64,000 bases of DNA from Microbotryum violaceum (lineage: Eukaryota), in assembly GCA_001244265.2 (NCBI GenBank), contig CDLV01000005.1, positions 2,666,001 through 2,730,000 on the forward strand. Reading direction: 5' to 3'. The notes beneath the pieces were generated by a model. The model worked only from the letters and a program-made list of their open reading frames with translations. It made no database searches and was not told where the DNA came from. Both the position numbers and the translations under genes were made by a program. This document shows positions 1 to 14,104 of the stretch, in pieces. Position 1 is the stretch's first letter; each line of letters opens with the position of its first letter.

Positions 1-250
1 ATGGGGTCTGAGCATCATCGGAGGTTCAGAGCGATAGTGTAGATTCGTTTTATTCGGGCGCCTTATGTCACTTCATCCTTTCGCATCTTAGATCTTGATT
101 ACTGTACTTCACCATAGAAAAGAGTGGGTTTCTCCCTTCTGAACTCCAGGCGACGAGACGAGATTTGCAAAAGTCCCCTAAGCGTCCGTCATTGCACACA
201 GCACAACACTACGAGTACTCCATTCTATTTTCTTGTTCACGTCACCCCCT

Positions 251-3200
251 TCAGGCCTCCACACTATGATCCCTCGTCCGCGTCCTTCCCCGACCCACAG
301 GGGTCCTACCCCTCCCTTCCTCCTCCCCCTCCTCCCCCTCCCCCCCCATCGTCGCACCATAAGTTGGCGGTACCTCCCCGGAAGGCATCTCCTCCCCCGC
401 CACTAATCGAGCAAACAATGCATTCGTCTGTTCCAATTCGCTTGCTGGAATCGAAGGATGAGGTGATTCAGATCGATGAGGATACGGCGACGCAGCGGCT
501 GCTACAGCAGCAGCCGCGACGATCGCGGCGGTCCGGACGCGAGATCGGGATCGATCTGTCCTTGTTGTCGATGGCGATCGTCGACCGTTCGAGGAAATAG
601 GTCCTCCAATCGTCGAAGGGGGTGAATGCACCTCACAAGGTTGGATCGTACCCCCCACCACGGGCCCTCCGTTCTGGCCCCTCGTCCCTCCACCCGAGGC
701 AGCTGAATAAGCAGGAAGAGCGTTCTGTGCGCATTGACACGCCAAGATGTGGATGGGCGATTCGATAATTACGTCCCAGAGTTTCCGATTCCCTTTCGAA
801 TCGAGGTAGTCGTCGTCGCCGCGTTCGACGCGGAGCATGACTTTGATGATGTGGCTTGTCGCGATGCTGGATTGATCGTGGTGGGTCGAGAAGGCGATCT
901 TGGAGGCGCAGGTAGGGAGTTGGAGATAGGACTCGATGTGCCAGGGTCCGAGTGGGTCTAACAAGGCAGGGGTCGTGTCGTCCGAGGTGTCGGGGTTGAT
1001 GAAAAAGTCCGCCAAAGGGTGATCGGTAATAGCCTTTGGGTCGTCGGACAAGATCGGCAAGAGAGGCTCCTTCGGATCCTTGTGCTCGATCCGCAGGAGG
1101 GGGAACTTTTTCGGTGTTTCGTGTCGAGTCAATTTGCGGCCTGTTTGGCAGGAGCAGCAAGCTTGGTCAGCACATCACTTCAGCGACAAGTAGAACAGAC
1201 CCGCACCCACCCGATGCAAAGTAGTCGGTTTTTTGCTCCAATACGGCGGTGATGCGATACACCTTGATCTTCGCCATTGGGTCGAGCCTAATCGAAACGG
1301 GGATCTGACTCCCAATCGCAAAGCTCTGCGAAACCCCACCAATATATGGATCAGCCTTGCTCCAGTGCATCGACGACCCAAACTCCTGAAGAAAGGGTCT
1401 TACCTTCCCACTGAGTGCGACGTTATACTTCATTTGCGTCTCCCAAAACCTCTCCACAACAATGCTCTCATTCTCCTCCATATCATCCTGACTCGGAGCT
1501 GAAACGAGCACAATCTCCGTCGAAGTTGTCAAATTCGACGTCAACGCACCTGCTCGATGAACGGTCGCTTTGAGCACATAGGTGACATGGCCGAAACTAG
1601 CCGAGATCGTAGGGGGTAACCTAACGGGGATCGCGATCGAAATGGGGTAGGTATAAGTCCCTGCGCGGAACTCTTTCCATCCTGTAGCTTGGACCTCGTC
1701 ATCGCTGTTGTCATTATCCCCTTCGACGCCGCCATCGCCCTCATGGAAGCCTCCTCCTCCTCCGGCGGTGAGAGCTGCGCGAAGGATTTTTAACGCCGTC
1801 TTTCGACCTCGACTTTGATCCCGCGTGATGATCCCCGTCGCGGGTTGGCTTGAATCGGAACTTGTTTCACGTCTTGACGATGACAAGGACTGTCCACGCA
1901 CGCCCATTTCATTGCGGACATTGCTGGAATCTTGAACCCTCGAGGTACTCTTCCCTCGTAGAGCCTCGCCGATCCCAGCGAGACTGAACCTTCCCCCACG
2001 GGATGAAGACCTTGGTGGCGCACCTCCCTTCGACGAAGATCGCGGTGCGCCTCCTACAGAGAGGTTCCGGAAGGCCGAAGCGATGCCCGAAGGTGGTGGA
2101 GGTAATGACGAGTGAGTAAGCGTGTTCGATGTCGCTGCCGAAGCACCCGAGATGGTCCTTCGAATCGAGTTGCCCGACACACTCCCACTTCGGGTCCGAC
2201 TCCGCGCAGCCCCAGCGATCGTAGGTTGGGATTGACGTGTACTGGCTCGTGATTGGAACGTCGGACCGACCGAACCTGATCGAGCGGTCCCTCCCGAATC
2301 GGACCTTTCCGACGGAACACCAGGTAAGGTGATCTCGGACGCCAAAGCCGCCTCATCCTCGCTTTGCCCACCGGATCGAGTCGTCGGTCGGCCGCGCTCA
2401 CCAATCGAGTGGACCAATCCCAACACGGGGGCACTGCTCCATCCATCTGGTCCATGGATCGTATCGACTTCCGAAGCGGAAGAAACATCGCACGAGCTCG
2501 CAGAGTGTGAGCTCGTCATCCCCGTGTCGTATAGGTGTGGGGAATGGCTTTGCTGTGCCGCGAGGATGGACTCTTGGGACAAGGCTGAAGAGGACGTGCT
2601 GGCGCGATCCAAAGAGGGTCGCACGTCTGGGGTATCGTTGGTATGTAATGTCATCCCCAAAGAGCTGCGTGAGGGTGGCGGCGATCGATCTGGTCTTCGA
2701 CTACTTCCGAGAAGCCGTCGTGAATCGTGTGTGGGGGAATCTCGACCGAGCGACCGAGTGGGCCGAAGAGCAGGCGAGTTGGGTAGCGAAGGGACGAGTT
2801 CATAAGCCGGTGCTTGTTCACCCGGCAAGATGGGAGGTATGTCGTGGCGATCTCGCGATTCGAGTTCTTCGGAGGATGCGATGCGGGACAGCGTCGACAC
2901 GGGTATGCCGACGGTCGTCTCTTCTTCGAGGTTGCCTAGCCCCGCCATAGCTGCCGAATCGGCATGGTTCGATCCGGTCGATCCATCGCGAGTCCCATAC
3001 GGTCTTCCCTGACTGAGATCCCTCGAAGGACGAACACTCGCAGCCCTTCTCGAACTTCTGTCGTGACCGGCTTCGAAGAACCTCGTGTCGGATCCGTAAT
3101 CGCCTGTACCTGGGCCGATCGAGGCGGCGCGTCGTTCCATCGAGGTCTCGTTGGCCGAGAAGAAGGTCGAGGTGATGTTGATCAAAATGGATTCTTCCAT

Positions 3201-4036
3201 AATGTCCATCTTTCGAGGGCCAATTCCTGTGTCGAAACAACAGGGTGCGAAATGTTTGAGCCGGTCAGCTCGGTGAGTTCTACGGCGGATCTGTCTCTTG
3301 GCGCGCGCGAGCAATCGGAGCACGATAAAGGACGCGATAAAGCGGGGTTACTTGCTGGCGCCGAAGCGAGCGAGTGCACGAGTGGGGGCTGGCGGCGGGC
3401 GAGCAGACCTGCATTCAGGAGGCAGAAAAGGAAGGCACACTCACCTTCGGGCCAGTCCGTCCTCGCCAACCCTCTAAGTCTGACCGAGATCTCTCGTATC
3501 CTCGTCGCCTTGGCGAGATGCAACACCAACAGTCCCCTGAGCATCGCCGGAGCCGGTTCATCGTCGTGCTCTGCAGCTGCTGCCTCGCCTTCTTGACCAT
3601 TGACAGCTACTCTCAGCGGTGGTCGGGACGTCGAAGCTACCCTTGCCTGCGCTAGAGCTCTGGATAGGCTGGCTTCCCTCGCAACGGAAGGACTACGTGT
3701 CCTCGTCGAACTTCTGCCCCTCGCATTGGGGGCGATGAAATCCGGATCGCCATTCCTCGGTCCGCCCGTCCTTCCCCTCGTCGAACTTGGACCAGGACCA
3801 GGGACAGCCCCCAATTCATGAGAAGGGGAGGCCGCCCTCGATGGCGTCCTCGATGGAGAAGGTGATGCTTGAGCCGAGATCGGGGTTTGTCGAAGCGCGC
3901 GTCGACGTCTGGCTCGAGCTCGTTCGAGTTCGGGACCACCAACGAGTAACACGTACGGTTCGGCGAGGCGGATCGAGACGCCTGTTGAGCGGGATGAGGG
4001 GTGAGAGGTTGTTGTCGAGGCGGATGGGGGCGGCAT
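251..4036 (-). CDS. Alpha-arrestin / arrestin-related trafficking adaptor (multi-exon)
   Basis: Arrestin-N pieces (MLRGLLVLHLAKATRIREISVRLRG..TDWPEG; WKEFRAGTYTYPISIAIP..LPPTI...FGHVTYVLKATVHRAG) and Arrestin-C (WHIESYLQLP...HIIKVMLRVERGDD...IIESPIHIL); PY-like motifs PPTY and LPAY; GT-AG introns join ORFs 3182-4036, 1167-3323 and 251-1132. Confidence 0.85.
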
Positions 4037-4377
4037 CGCCTCTCTCCCTGTGCGGGTGTCTGCGTCGATCGCGACTCGCGAGTTGACAGATCAAGCCGAA
4101 AGAGAGCTGTCACGAGCCGGAGTTGACTGTGCGCGGGCTAAGCGGGCTAAGCGGAGCAGGAGCAAGCAAGCGGAGACGAACGGCGACGATCGGAAATAGC
4201 GCATGACGGACATTGCGGTCAAAGGTCCCGAGGTTTCGTCGAAGTAACCTGGTCATTCTTCAAGTATCATACACTTTCTTGTTTCTACACAAACCTCAGA
4301 GATACGGACTGGCTCTCCCAAATACCCTCCCGCGTCGGTCCCGTCCCAGCTCGGTCCGGCACCGGATTACCGACGGC

Positions 4378-5426
4378 TTACAGGCACAACCGATAACTGA
4401 CGTACCTCCCCGCGGTTTCGGAAGGTCGTGTGATCTTGACGACTTGACCCCTTCGGAGACCGTAGTAACGGCTGACCGGGTCCGAGAGTTGGATGCGAGG
4501 TAGTTGCGTGTCTTTTAATCGGCTGGTGTCGTTGGAAAAGTCGGCGCGGAGCGATGATCAGCCGGTCGGAATAAAAAGGGCCACAACCCGAAGTTTCCCG
4601 AATAGACTGACTACTTTAACAACAATTCCTTCTTCTCTTCGGTTGATAGCACCTCGTGTTTAGGCACGAGGGTGTGGTGGGTGATGTTGACGAGCAGTTC
4701 GGATTCTTGGAAAGCCTCGATCGTGAACTGTGATACCATCGCCGATATGACCTGCAAGTAGCGAAATCACCCAAGAATCATCAGACTCGCTTTCAGATAC
4801 ATTCTCGGTATCGTCGCTGGTTTCGCACCTTGTTGGCGGAAGGGGTCATATTAGTCTTGTAAATGATGATGCCCTTCCCGATCGCCTGCTCCTCCAGAAT
4901 GCCGATGAACCTGTCAACGCCCCCAACCATGAAGGAATCAGCCTGGATTCTCTAGCTTTGCATCAACACATCCCATCTTCTCTGCAACAACTGACTTTCG
5001 CATCGTCTTTATCCCTACGCTCGGCTCGTCGGCGTAAAAGACGTAGATCTTGATCGACGGATCCGAAGCCAGCGCAGCGGTAAAGTTGAGCTTCGCTTTG
5101 CTGCAGCGTTTTTCATTAAATGATAGTCCAGTATCGAGGTCAGACGCATGCTACTGCTGATCACTGAGCTGAGGAGCGGGGGTAGAGTGGATCACTGACT
5201 CGACGGCGGCGCCGTATTGCCCCTTGAACTGGTTCAACGACATGGTGATTTCCTCGTCACCAATCTCAAAGCCCTAGTCGCATTGCACAGAACAACGATC
5301 AGCATGAGGTACGTAAGCTAACACCATAGAGAGGATGGGACAGCTCACCCGGTCGCGAACGAGCTCGTGGATCGTCCGCGATACGCGATACAACCGTGCC
5401 GTCTCCCGCTCGTGTTCATCCGACAT
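4378..5426 (-). CDS. RPB5: RNA polymerases I/II/III shared subunit RPABC1 (multi-exon)
   Basis: Manual translation: [30 protein letters not shown]... ending [41 protein letters not shown]; not in the ORF track because exons are short. Confidence 0.95.
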
Positions 5427-7761
5427 GATTGGTACGAAAAGTTGGTGTAGATGAACGGGTACAGAAGAGAGAAGGCACGCTCAGGTGTAGTCTGTTTGTG
5501 TCGTAAGCACGTGATGAAGCAAGGCGAGTATGGGTTGGCTTGGTGTGAGGTCGCTGTAGTCTTTTCAACGTGTAGCCTGGTATCTCGAATGCGAGTGCCG
5601 GTGGATCGACGAGTCGCTACGTTGACGTCGGGGGTAGGACAGGCGGTATTGTATGGGATTTGTGGTCGTTTCAAGCGTAGAAGCGTGCTTCGAGGTTGGA
5701 GCAACGCCCACACGCGCTGCGAAACCGCTACTATCTGCAGCCGCTCGGACCCTTTCGGACCTGGTGCGGAGTACGAACACCGAACTCTTTCGCAGCATTC
5801 GTATCTCACAGGAATCAACGATACACTCCATCATTGGAGCGCTAAGACTCAGGTTTCTATCAGCGAAACATGTGTGCCCGTGGTACCGGAAGCTTGTCTC
5901 AGATTGTCGGACAGCCGATGAGATTCCGAGCTTCCTTCAAAATCGGAGCAAATGCATGCAACTAGTATTTTCTGCGGTCCACGAAGTGCCGAAGGTTAGG
6001 CTCGGGTTCTTAATGCTACGCCTGGTAATTTTCCGCTGGAATAGCAGCGAGAACCTCCCGACCGGTATCAGGCTCATCACACTGAAGTCACGAAGAGACA
6101 TGCCGAAATTGATGGGAAGCCAGGAGGCACGTCGATCCTCGGCACCTTTGCAGTGGGAGAACACTTCGGGGATAGGTGCGAAGCGAAGAGCCATCCCTTG
6201 ACATCGAACTGTTTCCTGAGATTTGCTCGATCCCGATGCCATTCAGATTCACGCTAACCCTTGAAGGAGATCCCCTCTAACCCGTGTGAAAAGGCTCCTC
6301 CTTAAACTCAAGGTCTTTTGGATTCTTTGTGGTCGTCAGCAGCGTCGGCGCAGTCAGGCTTCACAGGACAGCTCCGGGCCTTGGCGGAGAAGGGCCTAGA
6401 CCCTGCTGTGAGCTTGTAGAACCGAGACTCGCCGATGTTGTCGAGATCCGCCACGATGAGGGTCAAGAAACACTGCAGAAGCGAGGTCACCATTCGCTTT
6501 ACGTACGTCGTGCAAGCGAGACAAATTTCTGAAAAAGCCCGGCAATGCAACTAATCGGGGCTCGACCGAGATTAGGTCTTAGGTCAATTACTGGGAATAG
6601 GGGCTTCGGTGACGAGGCTTTAGTGTCAAAAAGCCCGATCACCGTTGACGGCTCGCGATCTGTGTGAAATCGGCTAAAGCCGTCCAATATTGTTTCCGCG
6701 TGACCGCCTCCCTTTCGATGAGTTTAGCTGTGGTGATCTTGGGGCTCATAATCCACAGAGCCCTACCTGCTTTCGATCCGTAGATTCGATCGAGGGAGCT
6801 CTCGACTCTCGACGCGGGTTCTGTCCCGCTGAGTAGCTGGCACACCTACTACCTACCGCTCGACTTTTCCCATTCAACTTCATTCAGTTCAGATAGGACT
6901 CAGATGGCCGCTTTCTCGTGTACTGTTGATGACTATGGCTGATCTTGTTGAGTCGTGGCGAGTTGTTTGTGCGTACTACGACGTCTTTGGCAAGTGACCG
7001 GCGGATAAGCTTTTTCGGCAGGTGCTCGGCATTCCAGTCGTTGGCGATCGGGTTAACCAGAACCTGTCACAGCAACCTGGCATGGAGTCCTATTATTTTC
7101 CTACTAATTATATCATCTAATCTCTAGGCTCTGGCTGCGTCATGAAGGCGTACGCCATGCATCAACCTCGAGCTCAGATGAAGATGCCAAAAAACCCTGC
7201 AGCTCGGACGGCCACTAACCCCTGGCTAAGTTGGTAAAACTTGTGGTTCGATAGCTCTCTCCAAATATTATGACAAACAGAACAGTATCTGTAACGACAT
7301 ATCTTTGCACTTGCCTATTTTCGACCAAACCACCGGAGGCGAGGTTGGCGCGGTGTGATAAATTTGGCGTCAAAAAGCGACACCTGTTCGGTTCGCGCTC
7401 GACTTCAAGTGTTACGTTCCGTCATCACTCGACACCCCCTCGACGCCTTGAATATTTGAAGGACCCCTAACTCAAGGTTCCGCGTGTCTCTCGTACAGTG
7501 TCGATCACTTTCGGAGAGGGGTTCTCAGTGCCGGCTGCTCGTGAACGTGTCCCAAAAGGAGTTCTCTGTTGGGTCAACGCCGTCCGTCTGGTCTCGTTGT
7601 CTCTGGCCCCCGCTCGCGGCCGTCACCGCGTCACCAGCGTCGCTCGTGGGTCGTCGAACCCAGACCAGACCGGTCTCTCCTACGTGACCAAGGACGAACG
7701 AGGCTCACACCGCCACACACCACATTAGGACGAGCGATCGCAAGCTACGAAATCCACCAAC

Positions 7762-9775
7762 ATGGCAGGTAAGTTCCCCTTTCGTTGTAACATGTTGTGG
7801 GCCCTTACTTGCGTGTGTTGCTAGCCGTGCGAAACCGAGTCGTGCACACACACAAGGCGCTGCTGCAACGCACGGCGTCCGGCGCACCCGGGGGCGATCG
7901 CATCGCCTCGCATTCGCCTCTCATCACACCATCCTGACCGGCGTGGACCATCGTCTGGGTCTAGGATGTCCTGCGCCAGTTTGCTGTGGTATGGCAATAT
8001 CTACAATACGCTCGTTCGTCTCGCATTGGAGTATCCCGTGGTGCAGCTGTTCGCGTCTCTCCGCTTGATCGCGGCACTGCTAGTCCGATACGGAGGGTGC
8101 AGCGGGCGGCCCTTCATCCTCATGCCTTGGCGTACCCTCGCTGCAGCGACAAGTGAGATGGTTGGATCGGCTAGAGGCTCGCACAGCGCAGAAGAAAGAG
8201 TCGAAATTACACCTAGTACAGGCTGCTGACTGATGCTGTTGGCTGACCGTGTACCACTCTTTTTCCATGACTTGCGTTCGTTGCCCGAATGACCAACGAA
8301 TTCTCTTCCTTGATCGTCTTAATCCCTAAACAGGCCGAATCACAACAGCGTCCGCAGTTGCGAGCGTCACCTCGGCATTGCTTCCAGACTCGACCTTCAC
8401 TGCGCCTGCTGCACAAGTCGTCCCATCGACGCCGCCGGGGACCTCCAGGACCAAAACCGATGCTGGTGGAACCAACTTTCCGACTGCGGCTGTCGTCGTC
8501 GTCGTCATCCTGTGTGCCTTGGTGGGAATATTGGTTGCTTACAAAATTTACGCCTGGTGGTACAGGAGGAAGCATCGTTACGTCGTCCCCTTGCCCGACG
8601 TTCGACCTTCTGCCGCACCGATGAGCTCGCTCGAACCGGGCGGAGCACTTGGCGGAGGAGTACCGCGAGCGAGTAGTACATATGGATTGATGCCTGGAGC
8701 GGCGTCGTTGGGCCGGGTACGAGAGTCGAGTTGGGCGACCGAGGATGGGCTTAGTGAGGCATGGACGCCTTCGTCAGGGATGAACAACAGTCCGGGGCGC
8801 ACAAGTCCGGGGACCCCGACGAGCATGCAGCCTCATTCAGCTCTGACGAGCCGACCACCGAGTCCCTTCGGCATGCCCTCGCCCGATGGAACCGTGTTAC
8901 CGAGCTCCGCCAGCCGCGCCAGCTTCTCCTCGGCGTCGGGTACGCGCCGGCATCTGATGTTTGGCGCCAACTCGGTCGTCAATGCGCCTCACCAGGTGCG
9001 AACGCAGCCTTCCTCGTCTCGGCTATCGGGCGCACCGCATGCCCTTCATTCGAGGATCGACATCGTCCCTCCCACGCCACTTGCTCCCCATCCAGGATCG
9101 GTCATCGCTATGGACAAGGCGACGCTCGATTTCGCACCTTCTTCCGGCATCGGCGATGGCTCTTGCGGCGAAACCGAGTCGGAAACGCTCATCGATGTCA
9201 ACCGATTCACCCTGGACCTCCCCGTGCCTACACCGACGTACGACTCGCGGTTCTCGACATACCAACAGGGGACGTCATCGAGGGCGCACAGCAGCGTTTC
9301 GGCCCGGTCGTCCTACACCGAGCCTCGATCGGTGGCGCCCGTACCTCATCATCGAACACGTTCTTCCCTGGGCTCCGGTCCCTCTACCGTCAGTCCATTC
9401 CAGGATCCGCGGTTTATCGATAGCAGCACCTCGTCCTCAGAGAACGCTTCCCCCAACTCGTCCTCGACCGGACTCTCAACGCGTGGTGTACCTTCGTCAA
9501 ACGCAAGGGCACCTGCACCGCTCTCCATGTCGGCCGCCGCAGCTTCACCTTTCCCACTTTCGTCAGGCCCCTCGTCGCCGCTTGATAAGCTACAACAACG
9601 CATTGGGCAACAAGCGAGACGAAGTGGCACGGACGTCGAGATCAGTTCAGCGAGTGCTAGTGGAAGTGGTAGCTCAGGAGGACGGAGTGGGAGTGTCGCC
9701 GAGGTCGAGGGATATCAAGCACCGCGGGAACGACTGGAAGAAGTCATGAATGGTCGGGCCGTGCCTCGAGGTTGA
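7762..9775 (+). CDS. Hypothetical single-pass membrane protein with Ser/Pro-rich cytoplasmic tail
   Basis: ATGGCAG|gtaagt (7769) ... taaacag| (8333) splices in frame into ORF 8378-9775; TM segment AAVVVVVILCALVGILVAY followed by basic KIYAWWYRRKHR. Confidence 0.7.
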
Positions 9776-10434
9776 TCGCCTCACTCTTCGTCGTTATTCG
9801 GGATCTCGTCCACTGTCTCTCCTCACGTTTTTGGACACTGCATAGAACCATATTGTCTCGGGCCTTGCTTGTTTCGATGTTTCTTCTCCTACAGTATCAG
9901 GTGTTGACTCATGACGCCACTCCTTTGATCTGTATTCCATCTTGTGCCTTGGCCTGAGACCCTCTGTTTATTCCCACATCATCCGTGCGGCGTGCTGCCC
10001 TCTGCATATTTTGCTTATACATAATATTCTGCTTCTGCTTCGAACCTTACGATCTCCCGCTGTAGCTCCCCACTTTTTTCTGATAGACACTGTTTTACTC
10101 CTCAATCAACTTTTCCGTTCGCAATCTAGAACGACTCGGCTTTAGCCTCGGTTTGAGCCGCCTGCTTTTACTCGGACGAGTAGGAGAAGGAGCAGCTCAC
10201 GGTGGCTGGAGGAACAGTACTGCTGACTTCCACCACGTAGCACGTCGGCGCTGTGTCGAGGCGCTAGTCGTTCACCGGCCCAGTGGTGGGGGATCGATGG
10301 TAGAAGTACGCGGCAACGAAGAAGAAGTAAGGAGAGCAGAAGGAAGGCGACAGAGAGGTGAGAGGCCAGCGGCGCTGACGCCGGGAGCACATCAAGCGAG
10401 TCGAGTCAAGCGAGCTCTCCAGTTCTTTTGATCG

Positions 10435-11060
10435 GTGTCGATGACACCAGCTCGCGCCGCCGCCGCTCGGCGTCGCAAAAACTTTCGTCTCGCCCGCAAC
10501 GATCTTGTAAGCTGTAATAAATCTCCCCTCTGTTCTATGCTGCACAACACTGAAGACGTAATCGCTCAACTTTCCCTTCTCAGCCCCTCATCAAGGGACT
10601 CAAGTCAAGATTGGTTTGTGCAGCGCCGTTCCGACGACGTGATCGCTGCGCAAACCAAAATTCCGGCGTGCAAGTTCGTCAACCCTCTGAACATGGCGAC
10701 GATCAAGGCTGAGCAGAGGTAGATTAGGAGCTTACCTTGGGGATTCCCTCGAGACGCACATACTGCCATTGCTGATGGTCAAGCCGGCCGAGGAGGAGGA
10801 GCTGCCGCGGGTGGTGGAGCCGGTTTAAGGGCAGGGGCAGGAGGTGGAGCTGGTGGTGAAAGTGGAGCAGCTGCTGGAGCGGCAGCGAACGGGGTCGCGA
10901 TTGCTCCACGGAAATTCAACATCACGGGAGGGAGGTCAGAACGGAGGTCGTCAAGGCGGACGAGGTGGACGAGGTAGCTCGCGCGATCCACTCGTCGAGC
11001 TCGAACCGGTCGTGGCCGTGGGCGAGATGTGGCGCTATGATCCTGTGAACTCTGAGTGTA
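10435..11060 (+). pseudogene. Possible degenerate Gly/Ala-rich ORF remnant (perhaps TE-derived)
   Basis: Frame of ORF 10435-10722 continues past the TAG into GQAGRGGGAAAGGGAG..., then a shifted frame gives GGQNGGRQGGRGGRG; no recognisable domain. Confidence 0.25.
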
Positions 11061-11429
11061 CGCGGGCTAGTCACCCATGTTTCCTTCATTTGTGTTTAGC
11101 TTTCCATAGTATCTTTCGGTGGGTTTTAATATTTCGAATCAACAAGCTGGTCTTGATTCGGTCAACCGGACGTACCTGTAAAGTCCAAAAAGATCGTCGT
11201 GCTGACATTTTCCGTTCCGTTTCGCGCCGATCAGCTTGTGAATCACCCATTGTCTCCTCTCGCGAGAATAGCGCGCGCGCTTGGGGGGTCTCCTTTCCTA
11301 GTCTGCGTCGTACGTTGAGACACCCTCTCCAAACGATCCACACGGGTCAATGATGAACTCCCTCGCTCTCCAGCCGAATCGTTGCTGTCCCCACTTGACG
11401 ATCACGAGAACGAGTTGGACCTGGACAGG

Positions 11430-13331
11430 ATGGACTCGACCGAGGCGCCATCGATTAGTCGAGTCGTGAGTCACCCGCTGCCCGCTGCTGTCACCGAGCC
11501 AGGATCGTCCCCTCTCGGCTGTCACTCACTCGGTCGCACCCGCACTCGACGAGTCACTGACGCGTGCGGCAAGCTTCGAATGGTCGCACAGTATGCCGAT
11601 GCCAATACCGAACGGGGTGCGACCTGGTATGACTATGATCAGTTGGCGATTTCGTGGTCAGTATATCACTTCAACCCCAAGCACACACCCAGAACGCAGT
11701 CCAAGTCCAACTCGGAGCGAGGGCAAGCAAGAACGAAGGGTGATGGGGCGGAGCTCGACAAGTACTAATGACTGGATGTGGATTCCTACAGGGGTAACCA
11801 AGAGCAGTACGAGATCGTTAATCGATTAGGGTTTGTTGGCCTGCCAATCGCCGTGCGCACCGAGACGACCTATTGACCCGCCTGCTGTTTCCCCGACGAA
11901 CACAGTCGAGGAAAATACTCCGAGGTGTTTGGTGGCGTCGACGTTTGTCATGGGTATCGAAAGATCTGTATCAAGGTCTTGAAGCCGATCAAGAAGAAAA
12001 AGGTCAAGCGGGAACTCAAGATCCTCATGGTCAGTGTTCAGGGCCCGTGACTGGCTCGAATCTCCCTCTAAAAGCTCGCCTCGCTCAGAATCTCCGAGGT
12101 GGTCCAAACTGCATCGAACTGCTCGACGTCGTCCGTGATGCGCGCAGCAATACCCCAGCCTTGATCACCGAATTCGTCAACAACATGGACTCGAAATTGC
12201 TTTACCCGACCTTCAGCGACTATGACGTGCGGTACTACATCTACGAGTTGCTCAAGGCGTTGGATTACTGTCATTCCCACGGAATCATCCACAGGTCTGT
12301 GCTAGGTGGGAAATGAGAATCTGCGACAGAGTAGGTGGTGACCGCCCTTGTCTGGCCGAACAGGGACGTGAAGCCGCTCAACATTCTCATAGATCATCAG
12401 CAGAAGAAACTGAGGCTTGTGGATTTTGGATTGGCCGAGTTTTACATCAAAGGTGAGCGCGAACGCCTCCTGCCGTGCTTTATCCGCGCCGATGGGTGCT
12501 CACCGTCCCCCGTCAATGTATGGCAGGCGTCGAGCTGAATGTTCGGGTAGCGTAAGTCCCAATCGCATTCATTCTGAAATGGAGCGAAAAAGAGTGTGCG
12601 AGAGCTCACCGACACAAATCATTACGCAGCTCTCGGTACTACAAAGGTCCGGAACTGCTTGTCGAATTTGGTTACTACGATTACTCACTTGATATGTGGT
12701 CCGTCGGCTGCACGTTCGGGTCCATGGTGAGTCATTGAAGCGACAACACGTCGACTGGGCTACAAGTTGAACGGTGTTATGCATAACTGGGGTCCCAGAT
12801 CTTCCGCCGAGACCCCTTGTTCCATGGCCACGACAATAACGATCAGTTATGCAAAATCACCCGGGTGCTCGGTACGACTGACTTTTGGGCCTATCTCGAT
12901 GTAAGCTTGTCAGCGATAGTTGATTCGTCCGGGGAATTCGTACAAGGGGCGTATACTAATTGTTGGTTTTTCGAGGGTTGACCAGAAATACCAAATCGAG
13001 ATTGATGCCAATCTCGACGCCTTGATCGGCACCCACTCGCGCAAACCTTGGCTCAAGTACCTCACCAGTGGTACGTTTGCTCAGAACTGCTATGAGAACG
13101 AAACTCCCGAAACTCTTCCCAACACACGTAGGACCTCTGGAACTGATTCCCTTTCAAATAGAAAACCAACGCTTCATTTCGAACGAAGCCATCGACCTCC
13201 TCGACAAGTTGGTGCGCTACGATCATCAGGAAAGGTTGACGGCCAAGGAGGCGATGCAACACCCTTACTTTGCTGCGGTGGCGCAGGCGGATCAAGAGCG
13301 ACAACAGAAGGAACAGGGGAAACAGGGGTAG
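11430..13331 (+). CDS. Casein kinase II catalytic (alpha) subunit-like kinase, divergent
   Basis: Spliced: [55 protein letters not shown]...[26 protein letters not shown]...HRDVKPLN...[15 protein letters not shown]...[23 protein letters not shown]2-specific basic cluster and N-terminal segment present. Confidence 0.92.
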
Positions 13332-14104
13332 TGAGAATACGGGGCGGGGAAGACTGTTCAGAGCGATTCGGACGGTTGAAATGAAGTCTCTGACCAAGAT
13401 GATACCTGGAATGGCCGTCGCTGCGCTCCTTTCCCGTTTCGCAAATGACTTTTGACACCTTTACGATTTCTGCGTCAGCTACTTGTGTCGACCTTTGGGC
13501 CGGCACACTATTGATGCAGCATGTACACCACGACTACGACATCAGAGAGATTATAGGAGCTTTGGTCCGACTGTTCAAGTTCGCGGAGACTGGTGCGAGC
13601 GATGACCCTACAAAGCTAAGAAGCTGTGAGTGTGGCGGGAAGGGGGTGGGAGTGTTGGAAAGGGATGCGCGAGCAGTGACGGCTATAGGCTCGTCTGTGG
13701 AGTTTTGGGTAGTTTTAGCCGGTTTGGCCAGGGAGTCGGCGACTGCGTCGACGGCGGTGCCGAGTCCGACTGATTGGTTCCTCACGAATCATTGACTCTG
13801 CTACCGACCATTGACTGAAAGTAGTGTTCTCGCACCCTCGACCAAAGATCGCCTCGCACCGAAATTTGCCCATTATATTGTGCCCGGACTCCCGGTTTTT
13901 GAAGAATCAAAATGCGTGCAATCACTGAGGACATGGAACTGATAAAAATAAAACAGACATGCCGACTAGCCTGTCTACCCGGCTTGATGAGATGGATCCC
14001 CGAAGGCGTCTGGAGAAGCCCCAAAGTTGAGACTAGAGGACACAACACAACGCTCGAGCCACACTGAATTGCAGGACGTATGCTTTGGTCTTCCAGCTTT
14101 ATCC

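Noticed and set aside
124-600. Pro-rich + strand ORF, and many other overlapping ORFs in the track
   Set aside because: Antisense or alternate-frame shadows of real genes in GC-rich DNA
5830-7130. Several short minus-strand ORFs suggesting a pseudogene
   Set aside because: No recognisable domain or consistent splice model
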